Shown here in pieces: positions 1 to 12,299 of a DNA stretch of 64,000 nt. Made by a program: the position numbers and the translations under genes. The stretch is from Octopus sinensis (Eukaryota). The DNA lies in the NCBI RefSeq assembly GCF_006345805.1, contig NC_043008.1, positions 16,740,001 to 16,804,000 on the forward strand, read 5' to 3'. The first letter of the stretch is position 1. Each line of letters opens with the position of its first letter. Below the pieces are notes generated by a model. The model saw nothing but the letters and a program-made list of their open reading frames with translations, ran no database searches and had not been told where the DNA came from.

Positions 1-257
1 AATATATTATTGCGTTACAAGTAGATCATTGCAAAACAAAAATGGTTTTTTATTACGATTTAAACAGGACTAGAGAAAAGATTACCGATTCCTTCGTAGG
101 CCGTACGTGTAACCACAGGGACTGATGCAAGAAAAGTCCCTTTTTTTAACAAATGCACGTCGACAACATCAGGAAAACATGTACAAATAGGAAATGCTCC
201 AAGATTACTATTCTCAGCAATTACAAGTGACATTTCTTCTTCTTCTTCTTCTTCTTC

Positions 258-313
<56 letters not shown>

Positions 314-321
314 TTTATTAA

Positions 322-538
322 GGCGGTGAGTTGACCAAATCGTTAGCATGCCGACCAAAATGCTTAGCGGCGTTTCGTCTGTCTTTACGTTCTGAGTTCA
401 ATGTCCGTAGAGGTCGACATTGTCTTTCATTCTTTCAGGGTCGATAAATTAAATACTAGTAAAACACTGGGATCAATATAATTGACTAGCCCCCCCCTCT
501 CCACCAAAATTTCAGGCCTTATGCCTATAATAGAAAAT
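322..538 (+). mobile_element. tRNA-derived SINE, family 1 (GGCGGTGAG... head)
   Basis: Degenerate pol III A/B-box head (GAGTTCAA), then central GTCGAC..TTTCATTCTTTCAGGGTCGATAAATTAAATAC segment and A/T tail. Homologous to copies at 20.0-20.55, 30.9, 33.0, 35.5-36.07, 42.0 and 46.8 kb. Confidence 0.8.
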
Positions 539-683
539 ATTATTATTATTGTTGTTGTTATAAACATCATCGCCATCATCAGCTTCAAGAGTAACAGTAG
601 TAGTATCACTGTTATTATTTTATTAATATTAACGACATAACATTCCACCTAAATCGTCGAAATCTCCGTCTCCTACTCATCAT

Positions 684-786
684 CATCCTCACCATCACCA
701 GCACCATCACCATCATCACCATCGCGATCATCATTGTCATCATCATCATCATACTCATTATCATCATCCGTATCAAACATTGTCAG

Positions 787-820
<34 letters not shown>

Positions 821-928
821 GTGATGATGATGATGATGATGATAATAATAATAATAATAATAGTGATGATGATGATGATGATGAAGATGATGATAATGAT
901 GATGATGATGATGATAATAATAATAATG

Positions 929-975
<47 letters not shown>

Positions 976-991
976 GATGATGATGATGATC

Positions 992-1030
<39 letters not shown>

Positions 1031-1052
1031 TAATAATAATAATAATAATAAT
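684..1052. repeat. Compound trinucleotide microsatellite (CAT/GAT/AAT)n
   Basis: Direct reading; explains the poly-I/M/D ORFs at 673-1120. Confidence 0.95.
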
Positions 1053-1832
1053 GATACGCACTTTTTAAACGCAAAAAAAAAAAGACGTTCAGCGGCTGGA
1101 ACGAAGCTGCAATCAATCAATATACAGACTTACTTTCACAATAATATCTCGTATAAATGCTCACAAATTTTGAGCACTTTATTTGATATGAGCAAAAACA
1201 TTCAGAAATTCATTATAAAAATCAAGAACCGACACTTTTCGACCACAAAACGAGGACAGTTTAACACCATTTATAATTTTACACGTTACGATTCAACTCT
1301 TTGTTCGCCACATTGTTGTCATTGAATTAACAATTTTCGCGAAGCACGACACGTTCACAACCTTAAAATCACACTTTCCCCATAAATATAGAAGAATGTG
1401 TTGTAGTCAATAATATTAAGAGGTCACGCGGGGTGATCGCTGTATAGAAGCACATACATATTCACTTAAAGAAAATATGTAATTAGATTTTAAGATTTGC
1501 ATGATGAACTAGGCATTTCGCTTGGATAACATTAACGGTAATTGACTTCTTTCGAACATGTAATACTGAAGCCAGAAATCAATTTCTCTCTCCACGGTCA
1601 TCCTCTCTCTGTCTCTTTCTTCAGTCTCTGTTTTCTCTCTCTCTATTTCTCTCTGTCTTTCATTGAATATCTTTCTACACACAAATATTTCTACACATAT
1701 ATGTATGTATGTTGTATGTATATATGTATTATATAATCGTAATAATGATAATAAAAATAAAATAATTATAATCAATAGTATAAAATATATAACATCTAGA
1801 TGATATATATGTGTGTATATATAAATACATAC

Positions 1833-1874
<42 letters not shown>

Positions 1875-1888
1875 TATATATAGATTAT

Positions 1889-1932
<44 letters not shown>

Positions 1933-1966
1933 TTATATATTATATATATATATATAAATATATAAA

Positions 1967-2091
1967 ATATGTTACATTACTCGATAGTCAAGATAAAATC
2001 TGAGTTTCAGATGCCGAAGTGGGATCCACGCCGCCATCTTTCGGTTATCTGGTATCAAGTTTTATCTTGACTATCGAGTAACGTAACATAT
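1967..2091. mobile_element. Short fold-back (MITE-like) element inside (TA)n
   Basis: 32-bp inverted arms 1967-1998 and 2060-2091 (31/32 match), with further internal pairing CAGAT/ATCTG and CCGAAG.TGG/CCATCTTCGG; TA-rich flanks. Confidence 0.6.
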
Positions 2092-2440
2092 TATTTTATA
2101 GAGAAATTTCCTCTATTTACATAATATTGAGGTCTTCTTCTTTCTTTTGTTATCTTACCGTTTTACAATATATAAATATATATATATATAATATACTTAT
2201 ATATATGTATATATATATATATATATATACTTATATATATATTATATATATATATATAGATCTATATATATATATAATATATATATATATATATAATATA
2301 TATAATATATATATTTGTAAAAAATGAAGTTCGAAAATGCTGCTATATTATACAATTTTTAATTTTTATATATACATTATAACATGTTTCAGTTCCTGAA
2401 ATGAACCTTATCAAAAAAAGTTATATATAAAAAAAGACAG

Positions 2441-2474
<34 letters not shown>

Positions 2475-2478
<4 letters not shown>

Positions 2479-2561
2479 AAATATTGAGTTCCTAGGGCTA
2501 TAAAACGGTGGTGTACCCCCTACTGTCACGTTCTTGTTAGGTTGACAGTATACAACCATTA
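2475..2561 (+). mobile_element. 5'-truncated, 5'-inverted copy of the 41.4-kb retrozyme-like element
   Basis: 2491-2561 is the reverse complement of about 41378-41448 with one mismatch. 2475-2490 (TAAGAAATATTGAGTT) matches about 41686-41701 in the opposite relative orientation. (TA)n on both sides. Confidence 0.8.
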
Positions 2562-3489
2562 TATATATATTTAATATATATATACATTAATATATATATA
2601 TATATATATATAGATATATATATATATATATAGATAGATAGATAGATAGATAGATATATGTATGTATGTATGTATCTATATATTTCTGTATATAAATGTA
2701 TTGAGAGTGTTGTGAGAGAGGGAGAGAAATATAGAATAGAGTGAGAAGTGAGAACAGAGAATAAAGTGACTAGTTGAGTTTATCCTTGCAATCTGAATCC
2801 AAGATCTCCCCATACTATTTTAAAATCTAAAATTAGTAAATACGACACATAACTAAAATATTATCAGCTAATCGAAATTGAACAATATAATTTTTTTTCT
2901 TTTGAATTCTATTTGAAAGAGAACGGTGAGTGTACGAAAAATCCGATTGTCTCAATAAAGCACTTTCAATGCGGAACATAGATGTAATTAAAACATTAAA
3001 TTGTGGGATAATTGTGACGTTATAATATTTCAAACAAATAAGATCCGAATAACAGCGTATTAAAAGGACACTTTTTTTAAGACACAAATAAATTACGTGA
3101 TGGAAATTAAAGCTTCTTTGCTACTGAAGTGAGATTCGGATTTCGTCTTGTTTTCTGAGAGATTTCAATTTAAAATTCGTAATCGAAAACTAGATAATTA
3201 CATCAGCCAAATAATTTAAGCAGGAATTTACTTAAAAGTTTGTGAAGTAAAAAATATTTTCTTTCTGACTAGATTAACGTAATGTCCATGCGATATTGGT
3301 CTTTAATAAGTTATAAATCTGCAATATCGTATAATGTTATATTGGACACAGATGTGGCACTCTTAAAATTATTTTAAAATATATCATTGCACTGTTTATA
3401 CGATACTATAATTTCGTCAACGAAATCATATTCTTAACTATATATATAGCCTCGGGACGACCAGCCACTCCTGTGCCTACATATATATA

Positions 3490-3665
3490 TTTGCCTGTCT
3501 TTGTGCCAGTGATTGTCAAGCTACTACCACCAGCACCCCTACCACGACCACCATCGCTTAATAGCCGATGCTGGTGTGTTTACGTCCTCGTAAACTAGTC
3601 CTGGGATCGATTTCTTCGGCTAAAAGGCGGTGCTCCAGCATGGCAGAAGTCAGTGACAGAAACTT
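3490..3665 (+). mobile_element. SINE family 2, degenerate 3' fragment
   Basis: Shares GTCCTGGGATCGATT..CGGCTAAA.GGCGGT.CTCCAGCATGGC with the copy at 4735-5100. Confidence 0.65.
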
Positions 3666-4424
3666 CTGCAGCAGAATATTCATTAAAATATGCAGAATGT
3701 ATTTTGAGTGACGTCTATTTCTGTCCCTTCACTCTTCCCTTGACTCTCTCTCTCCCTCTATCTCTTGCCTCCCTCCTTCTCGCTTTCCGTCTCTAATACA
3801 CCCCCTTCGTGTTGCTTCTATCTTTTTGCCTTCCACAACTCTTTCCCTGATTTCGTAGCATCAGGTGGCTCGTGATCATTCACATCTCTCTCATCATTTC
3901 CTTTAACGTCTCACCTTTGACTTGACCAGTGATGCTTCTGTATGTTCCTCCACTTATTTCTTTAACGCAGTTTGCTTTCCTCATAGTTCGTTCTGACCTC
4001 CCATCTGTCCCTTTCTATTTTCGCTGTATATGCTTTATTAATTTATCTTATTATGTTTTCTTCGCATAGCCACATTTTGTCGTTTTTGTTTTAGTCTTCG
4101 TCTTTAAGTTCGTTACCTATTCCCAGTGGTTCCTCACCGCTGGCGCCACCTGTAGTGGACAATATCATCATTAAAGGCGAAAAATTGCTATAATCTTTTG
4201 GACGATCACTAATGAGGAATTAGCTGCGTCTCGGATGTGAATTTCCCGTTTGTTATGTTACTGTAAAATTTTTGGAACAATATATACTTACACATATACA
4301 TACATACATACATACATTCATACACACATTCATACATATATGTATACAAAAACACGCACACAAAGAAACACACTCATATATATCCCCCTTATTTCGCTCT
4401 CGCGTCTCATGTTTGATCTTTGAC

Positions 4425-4648
4425 CTCTGGCCGAAATCAGATCGCCATGTTGATTCGTTAGCTACTGCACGCATTTTTTTTCTCTCCTTTTCTGTGTTTT
4501 TCTCTCTCTGTGTATCTCTGTTGAAGAGCGTAGGCTCGAAACGTTAAAGACTTGTTTTATTTATATTTCCTGAGCGCCATCTAACACAATTGTTCGTTTG
4601 TCTTCCACCTGCCTTCGTCTTTTGTTTATTTTCATAAAGCTTCCCGTT
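4425..4648 (+). mobile_element. Penelope-like element 3' end / pseudo-LTR fragment with hammerhead-like motif
   Basis: Homologous to 26585-26795 (minus) and 53505-53557; ends directly at (TA)n; contains CTGTTGAAGAGCGTAGGCTCGAAACGTT. Confidence 0.6.
4518..4545 (+). ncRNA. Minimal type I hammerhead-like motif (variant core CUGUUGA)
   Basis: Core, extra A, stem II GAGC/GCTC, GAAA, ACGT palindromic stem III and GUU triplet. Stem I is decayed in this copy. Confidence 0.45.
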
Positions 4649-4665
4649 ATATATTATATATATAT

Positions 4666-4696
<31 letters not shown>

Positions 4697-4734
4697 TGTT
4701 ATATATTGTATATATATATATATAAATATGTATA

Positions 4735-5100
4735 GGAGTGGCTGTGTGGTAAGTAGCTTGCTTAGGAACCACATGGTTCCAGGTTCAGTCCCACTGCGTG
4801 GCACTTTGGGCAAGTGCTGACCAAAGACTTGTGAGTGGATTTGGTAGACGGAACCAGTTGTATATATGTATATATACATGCAGGTGTATTTATTAATTTG
4901 TGTCTATTGTTTGTCCCCCTCCACAACATCACTTGACAACCGATGCTGGCGTGTCTACTTCCCCGTAACTTAGCGGTTCGGCAAAAGAGACCGATAGAAT
5001 AAGTACTAGGTTTATAAAGAATAAGTCCTGGGATCGATTTGCTCGGCTAAAGGCGGTACTCCAGCATGGCCACAGCCACATGACTGAAACAAGTAAAAGA
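4735..5100 (+). mobile_element. tRNA-derived SINE, family 2 (full length)
   Basis: A-box-like TGGCTGTGTGG, B-box-like GGTTCAGTCCC, internal TA/TG tract, tail GGCGGTACTCCAGCATGGCC..ATGACTGAAACAAGTAAAAGA; many homologues in the window. Confidence 0.85.
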
Positions 5101-5101
5101 G

Positions 5102-5146
<45 letters not shown>

Positions 5147-5287
5147 TTATATATAGAGGGCATTATACATACATGCCAGAAGGCATTATACATACATGCC
5201 AAAACGCTAAGAGGGACAATTAGTCATTTCTACCAAAAATATTACTAATCCCACCGAATGCAATTTTTCAAAGTAAGACATTTAAAA

Positions 5288-5324
<37 letters not shown>

Positions 5325-5701
5325 ATCATCGTGAGTACATACTTGAGAATTGAGTTTGTATGAGGAGAAAACGAAACCTTCTAATACCACAAACGAAACG
5401 CATTAGGGAACACATGTATAATATTTAATTTTAATAAAACCAAAAATATTATAATTCCATCGCATTGTCGTAGGAAATCGTTAACCATCTGCAAAGTAGA
5501 GGGAATTTGAAATACAATTAATTCGTGCATTTAAATTATGATTAAGCAGTGAAAGGTATTAGAGCTAAACCAATTCGTATTTTGGAATTTTAATTATTTT
5601 AATTGTTTTCAGCTAGGAACTTCAGAAAACATCAGAAGTATTATCAGGCAATATCGAATACATATATGGTTGCATCAGCAAAGCTATGAGCCTATCGTTA
5701 A

Positions 5702-5711
5702 ACACGCACAG

Positions 5712-5768
<57 letters not shown>

Positions 5769-5923
5769 GACACACACACACATACAGACACACACACGCA
5801 CATACACACACAAACACACACACAGACACATACACATATACACAGAGATACAGACACACACACAGACACACACATACACACACACAGACACACAGAAACA
5901 CACACAGACACACACACACACAC
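5702..5923. repeat. (CA)n/(CAGA)-interrupted microsatellite
   Basis: Direct reading. Confidence 0.95.
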
Positions 5924-6940
5924 GGATATATGAATATATGTGTGTGTATTTCAATTATATATCTAAGGGTGCGTGGGTGTGTGGTACCCAAATACATCAA
6001 GGTTTGTCATACTAAATAACGATCCATTCATTTACATATTTATTGCTTAGAGTATAAAACGAATGAATATTTTATTAAGATTAAAACTGGAGAGAAACTG
6101 ATGTAATCAAATGTTACGTATTATATATTGAAACTCTCTGATACTTCGATGTATCTCACATTAATTAAACGTTGCATATATTTCTGATAATTTGATGTGA
6201 TAATAACAATCTAGACAACATCGTGAAAATTTATAATTTAGAAGAACAGAAATAATCTTGAAGATCTGTTCCGTGGCAAAGTTTCATATTTTCTGTCATC
6301 TGTCTTTCAATTTCTAATTTCTAATGTTTCTTTGGCAGACAGCGCTTTTAGGGGAATTATGCTTTCATCAAACGGCCACTTCACACAGAAATTGCTTTTA
6401 AACTGACACTTGAATGTTATGGTATTGAAAGCTTGCAGTAGTTAATGAAATTAAACGCATATTCGTAATCATAGGTACACACTCGCCAATCGATATTTAT
6501 TACAATATACATACATATACTGTATGTATGTATGTATGTATGTATGTATTTATGCATGTATACTCACACACATACACAAACACATTTATATTAATATACT
6601 TCTACGTGGCCATGCTTAAGTACAATATCCTGAGATTTCATTCGGTCAAAGCGACCTCAAAATGTTTATGTATGTTAAAATGTGTTTTGGGTAATATTTA
6701 CCAAACCATAATGTTATTCTACAGATATCACAACAAAATCACCTTAAGCACAGCAAAAATTACGCTACAACCTAAACATGAGTACATACGCATAGCGTAT
6801 GAGCGACTTCCATCTACATTATTCTAATCAGAACTATTCTCTAAGCCGAAGCTATCTCAATTATCTTTGTGTAAGATGCTTTACTGTGTCACCACTAGGT
6901 TTGAAAGCTTGCTTCTTACCCAAACGGCGCTATGTCTGAG

Positions 6941-7771
6941 TATACGTGGTTTGGTCAATAAGTATCAGGGCTGTCACCATAGTAACGAACCTAAAGAATG
7001 CAGAATAAAGCTGCTAGGTAAGATTGACCTTGAAATCTGAGTTTTAACGTTTCAGCTCACTTCCGCAGTTTACAGCTCTGCTTGGAAGGAAGGTGTGTAG
7101 CGTGTGATCACCACATTGATTATGACAGTGAGAGTTGAGCAGAAAATCTGCGTCAAGCTTTGCAAAGTGCTTGGTGATGTCTGCTTAGAGTCTTACACAA
7201 AGTTTTCAAAAGGTTTCCATCGTTCTCGACACAACGAAGGCTCTCTCGGACAATTGAAACCCGAGTGTCTATTTGTCAGTTGAAAGTAGGTTTGGCAGAA
7301 ACTTCACAGGCACGCTTCTCATACTCAAATATTCAGTGATAAAGGACTGAGCTCACTCGAAACTCATCTGCACAGCCTCTGATAACTTACGGATGATGAT
7401 TCGAGGATTTCCCCAAACAGCTGCACGAACATATGCGATGTTTCTCTCAGTTCTGCTTCTTGAGGTTCTCTCAGAAAGTTCGACAATATTGGCATTTTAT
7501 CGACCATATTGGAAACGTTTGACCCACTCGTACACTTGTGTACTGATCATACACTCCTCCCCATAAACTTTGTGCAAATTTGCGTACACACCTACATACA
7601 TACAAACGCTACACACCTTCATTCTAAGCACTGCTGTATAAAGCGGAATATGCTAAAATGTTAAAACTTAGTGCGTTTGCACAACAGTGACCTAGGAAAA
7701 TCTTCACTCTGCAGGCTTTAACTTTGTTACTATTTCAACAGTCCGGATACTTATTGATCAGACCACGTATA
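6941..7771. mobile_element. Non-autonomous mariner derivative built from two convergent left ends
   Basis: TIRs TATACGTGGT(T/C)TG(G/A)TCAATAAGTATC at 6941-6973 and 7739-7771 with TA ends. Arms stay alignable for about 165 bp. The plus arm has an ATG at 7122 (MTVRVEQKICVKLCKVLGD). The minus arm 7587-7201 encodes YANLHKVYGEEC..QVYEWVKRFQ..RSVPVKFLPNLLS, a mariner transposase N-terminus with stops. Confidence 0.85.
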
Positions 7772-8052
7772 GACATACTCACACACACACAGACACTCAC
7801 ACACATACACACATATGTGTATGTGAGTGTGTATGTGTGCATGCGTGTTTGTGTGCATGTGTATACGTATAGATCTACGTATGTATAAATTTTATTTTAC
7901 TTTGATCTGGTTACGGTTACCTCCGATTAAATCAGACCTTACCTTGTGCCACTGCCATAGTGCGCTGATGGAGGTGATCGCGGATAGCATTAGATACGGC
8001 TGCGATTTGTTTGACATTATGGCACCTCTAGTCTCAAAACCACCACCACCAA

Positions 8053-8091
<39 letters not shown>

Positions 8092-8097
8092 TATTAT

Positions 8098-8280
8098 TGA
8101 GTGAGAGAGCAGTGCATGCCATCAAAGTGACACTGGGGTAAAATATACGAAGCCCAATATACCCATCATGACTACCCGTCTGATAAGGGTACACCAGGCA
8201 CATGCATCACAACCATATGTGCGCGACATGGTGATCTCATATCAAGATAAACAGCACATGACCTTGCAGGTGGGGCCCAG
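8098..8280 (-). mobile_element. Truncated interspersed repeat embedded in (TAA)n (probable retroposon 3' end)
   Basis: GC-normal 180-bp block flanked on both sides by (TTA)n. On the minus strand it ends ...CTCTCTCACTCAATAATAAT. Confidence 0.5.
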
Positions 8281-8301
8281 TTATTATTATTATTATTATT
8301 A

Positions 8302-8355
<54 letters not shown>

Positions 8356-8417
8356 TATTATTATTATCATTTTCATTATCATCATCATCACCATTATTAT
8401 TATTATTATTATTATTA

Positions 8418-8454
<37 letters not shown>

Positions 8455-8455
<1 letters not shown>

Positions 8456-8607
8456 GTTTGACTTTTGCTTTACATTTGTACAAGTTGGCTCCAAGTCTCA
8501 CCCAGAGCTCTCAAGAGACAACAAGCTGGAATTTCATGCTGGTATTATGCATAGGGTGCCATATATTTGGTTTTGTACTTAGTGTTGTACTAGTGAATGT
8601 TTAAGAA
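8455..8607 (-). mobile_element. Probable 3' end of a (TAA)n-inserting non-LTR element (R4/Dong-like)
   Basis: Unique block flanked by (TAA)n on both sides in minus orientation. The motif CTCTTGAGAGCTCTGGGTGAGACTTGGA resembles Dong/R4 3' UTRs from memory; not verified. Confidence 0.4.
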
Positions 8608-9133
8608 TTATTATTATTAGTAGTGGTAGCAGCAGCAGCAGTAGTAGTAGTAGTAGTAGTAGTAGTGTAGGTAGTAGTAGTAGTAGTAGTATAGTAGTAG
8701 TAGTAGTAGTAGTAGTAGCAGCAGTAGTAATAACACTAGTAGAAGCAGCAGTGGCAACAGTAGCAGAAATAATAGTAATTGTAAAGATAGTAGTAGTTAT
8801 GTTCGTATTTAATTCCTTTTATTAGCAGTGCCATTATCATCATCATCGTCGTCGTCATCGTGAACAAAATTATAATCAAGAACGTTTTTACCGTCAGCTG
8901 CTCTGATAGCAAGAACAGCAAAAACAGAATCCGCGAAGGCAGCAGCTGTTACGGCGTCCTGCATTTTATTAAAGAACTTGTATACGAAGATTTTTTTCAT
9001 CAATTTTTAAATTAACCAATATTTCGCTGACTTTAAAAATTCTAAAGACGATATCTTCAAAACATACATCTAACACTTATATATGCAGACGCATACGAGG
9101 GTGTAATCAAACACACAGAGACAGACTCTCTCC

Positions 9134-9167
<34 letters not shown>

Positions 9168-9168
9168 A

Positions 9169-9205
<37 letters not shown>

Positions 9206-9537
9206 CTGTTTTCAGTACACGCATATAATACATACACATTCATTGCTACATACTACACACTATCACACAAACACACAGACACCTATATTTTAGATGTCTG
9301 GCTAAGCGGATATATTTAAGCGTGTAGCATATATAAAACGGAACATACAGATCGACGTGTCTACTAACACAAATATTGTATTGCAGACATACGCACATAT
9401 ATGCGGAATTGATGTTAAGATTTGAACGGAAGATCCTTGGAACTAGGATAGATATCGTATCCTTTTTGATCAGCAAAAAAATTTAAAGTGAAACTAAATA
9501 GTAACATGCAAATATGCATATATAAAACTATATATGG

Positions 9538-9850
9538 ATATCACCGTGATCAGCGTGACCGACCAGACTATCAAATGCTGCTATACATTGCTGGTAACAA
9601 TGCGCTTCGCATTGTTTGAGCCTTCAAATGACGCAACCGCGCCGGCTAAGCGAGCAGGCCGACAGAGGAAAGAGTGAGAGAAAGTTGTGGCGAAAGTGTA
9701 CAGTAGGGATCGCCACCATCCCCTGCCGGAGTCTCGTGGAGCTTTAGGTGTTTTCGCTCAACAAAACTCACAACGCCTGGTCTGGGAATCGAAACCTTTA
9801 TCCTACGACCGCGAGTGCGTTGTTCTTACCATTTGGCCATTGCGCCTTCA
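9538..9850 (-). mobile_element. tRNA-derived SINE, family 3
   Basis: Minus-strand head GGCGCAATGGCCAAATGGTAAG (A box) and GGTTTCGATTCC (B box). Core shared with 63830-64000. Confidence 0.8.
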
Positions 9851-9937
9851 CACATATGCATGTATACACATATATATATATTTGTGTGCGTGTGCGTGTA
9901 TGTATGAATGTATATATGTATGTGCATATATACATAT

Positions 9938-9985
<48 letters not shown>

Positions 9986-11696
9986 TATATATATTATATA
10001 TATATTTATATACATACATGCGTACGTACATAAGATGATGACGAACTTGGGCGAAACTTCGAAGTCACTGTGAAAAAGAATCATGCTGAATAATTAATTT
10101 GGTATTCTACAAAAGCATAGATTAAATCCTAAAATCAATGTAGACTTCTTCTTATAATGTTCAGATAAATATTAACATACGTATATTTATATACGTGTGT
10201 CTGCGTGTGTATGTGTGTGTGTGTGTGTGTGTGTGTCTTAGTGTTTGTGTCTGCTTGTGCGTTAGGGTGTGTGTGCATGTGTGTATCAGTGTGTATGTTC
10301 GCATGTACATGTGTAGTGCTGGTGGAGGTTGGGGGCGTGTCTGTAAGTAAATGATACTTGTTGTCATTATGTCAACCATGAGAAGATTTGTACTCAGAAC
10401 ACAGCTAAGAAGGCGATAATTCTGTTAGCAAGAACAGTTTCTTTTGTGTTTTTTTACATATTCACCGTTCTCAGTGCTTATTGTCTGATCAGATGCATGT
10501 ATTTTGCTAGCATTTTTGTTGCTCTTGTTCTTATTGCTGTCGTTGTCGTCGTCGTCGTCGCTACTTCTTTAAAATTGTTGTTTATTATCATTGATTTTGT
10601 CATTATTGTTAATATTGCGTCTTAGCTGTGTCTTTAGTGTTTTGGTTGTCTTTATAAATGATTTTGTTATTGCTGTTGTGGGTTGGTTTTATTTCTCTTC
10701 TTTCTTGAGTAAATGTTAGAGTGACACACCACTTAGCTGAAAAGTGACAGAAATGATAGACAGATCACGTTATAGACTGCTAAGATGCTGCATACATTAT
10801 ACCTGCCAGTATTATTGTCTTTTTTATCTTTTGTGTTGTTCATGACGTCCAATCCGCTCCTACAGTTTGTTCTGTTGCAGCCGCTGTTGCTGCTGTTGTT
10901 GTAGTTACCGCCAACTTTTATATTATTTTATTAGTGTTATTCTTATAGTGGGTTTTCCTATTTTCTTGTTTCTTTCTACTGATTTAAAACTTACTTAATC
11001 CTAATTTCAGTTCTTAAGAGATTTGTCGCGTTTCCATTAATTTGTCTAATGTGTCAATATACTTTGCACTCACTGCTATTTTTTTTGTTTGCTTTTCTCT
11101 TGTAATCTGTTTTGTTTTGATTTATCCATCCGTTAGATTGATGTTCAAATTGATTTTGTTTTTCATGTTGTTCTCAATGTTCTCAGCGGTTAAGCTATAT
11201 TTTCCTGATTGGCGTAGAATTTCTCATTTTCAAAGAAGATATCAATCTGTTGGGAAATAACTTCCCCTAATAATGTAGAAGGATTATTGCGGGCTGGCCA
11301 ACTCATTTAGATTTTAATCATAACCAAGGTTGATTTCATGAAGATTGCAAAGGTTTACAGAGAACATTGCTCTGAGTATGAGCACACAGTTTCAAATCGC
11401 TTTTACCATGTTCATATAGTAACCAAAGATTTTTTTCGGTTGTGTTTTAATATATTTACATTGTTACAAACATGGAGTTGGTGCTGTATCGCGACGATGT
11501 GTTAACGAGGTAATGCCACCTGCGTCTTATCTTGAACACGTCTTCTACCAACACAAAAGCATAGTACCTCGTGGGCAAGATTCATTTTTATTTTACTATA
11601 GCATTTTGTCAACATATGAGACATGTGGGCGAGAATGTCTTCTGCTATGCCGATTCTTCTTGAGAAATATGTTAAGACTAAAGTTAATTCAGAATA

Positions 11697-11948
11697 TTCT
11701 GTTGTGTCTGGGGAGAGTCATTTTCTTTTTGTGCATTATAATATAACACACTCACCTTTATAACACACTCACCTGTATAACACACTCACCTTTTCAATAG
11801 TTTTGACTCTCAAAATTATTGAAAAGGTTGAAAGACGCAACGAAAATTTTAGGAAAATAAAAATAAGAAAAATGTGGAAATTTTACCGTTGAGTGTTTTA
11901 TATTATAAGGCACAAGAAAAAAAACTACTCTCCCCAGACACAACAGAA
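11697..11948. mobile_element. MITE (Tc1/mariner-type, TA TSD)
   Basis: About 55-60-bp imperfect TIRs TTCTGTTGTGTCTGGGGAGAG.. / ..CTCTCCCCAGACACAACAGAA; TA at 11695-96 and 11949-50; internal 17-bp x3 tandem and a central hairpin. Confidence 0.8.
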
Positions 11949-12299
11949 TATGCTTCAACACACGAACTCATATAAAAAATCTTGCAAACCAAATTCAAAA
12001 ACGAAATAATTCAGAATAATTACACAATAATTCAAAGAGTACGCTCATTACTGGAGCTGAGAGACACATACATCCATGAAGGATGAAAAGTCCGTAATAG
12101 ATCTGAAATCCCGACGTTCCTTGAATGACGTTCTTGGTAATATCTGTTCTGTCACGTATAAAACATAACCCGCTTATCCTTATAACCATCATAAATAAAT
12201 TTAAGCGGTGATTAGTACGTTGTAATCTCGTAGCCATTGGCAATATTTTTTGTGGTAGCAATATGTTTTATATTTATTTTTTTTTTTTTTTGCATTTAA

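Noticed and set aside
4138-4160. CTCF-like motif (minus strand CTACAGGTGGCGC)
   Set aside because: Only the 3' half matches; a single short motif in 64 kb is expected by chance and there is no supporting evidence.
10940-11420. A-rich minus-strand block as a decayed LINE ORF
   Set aside because: Only vague compositional resemblance; no diagnostic motif.
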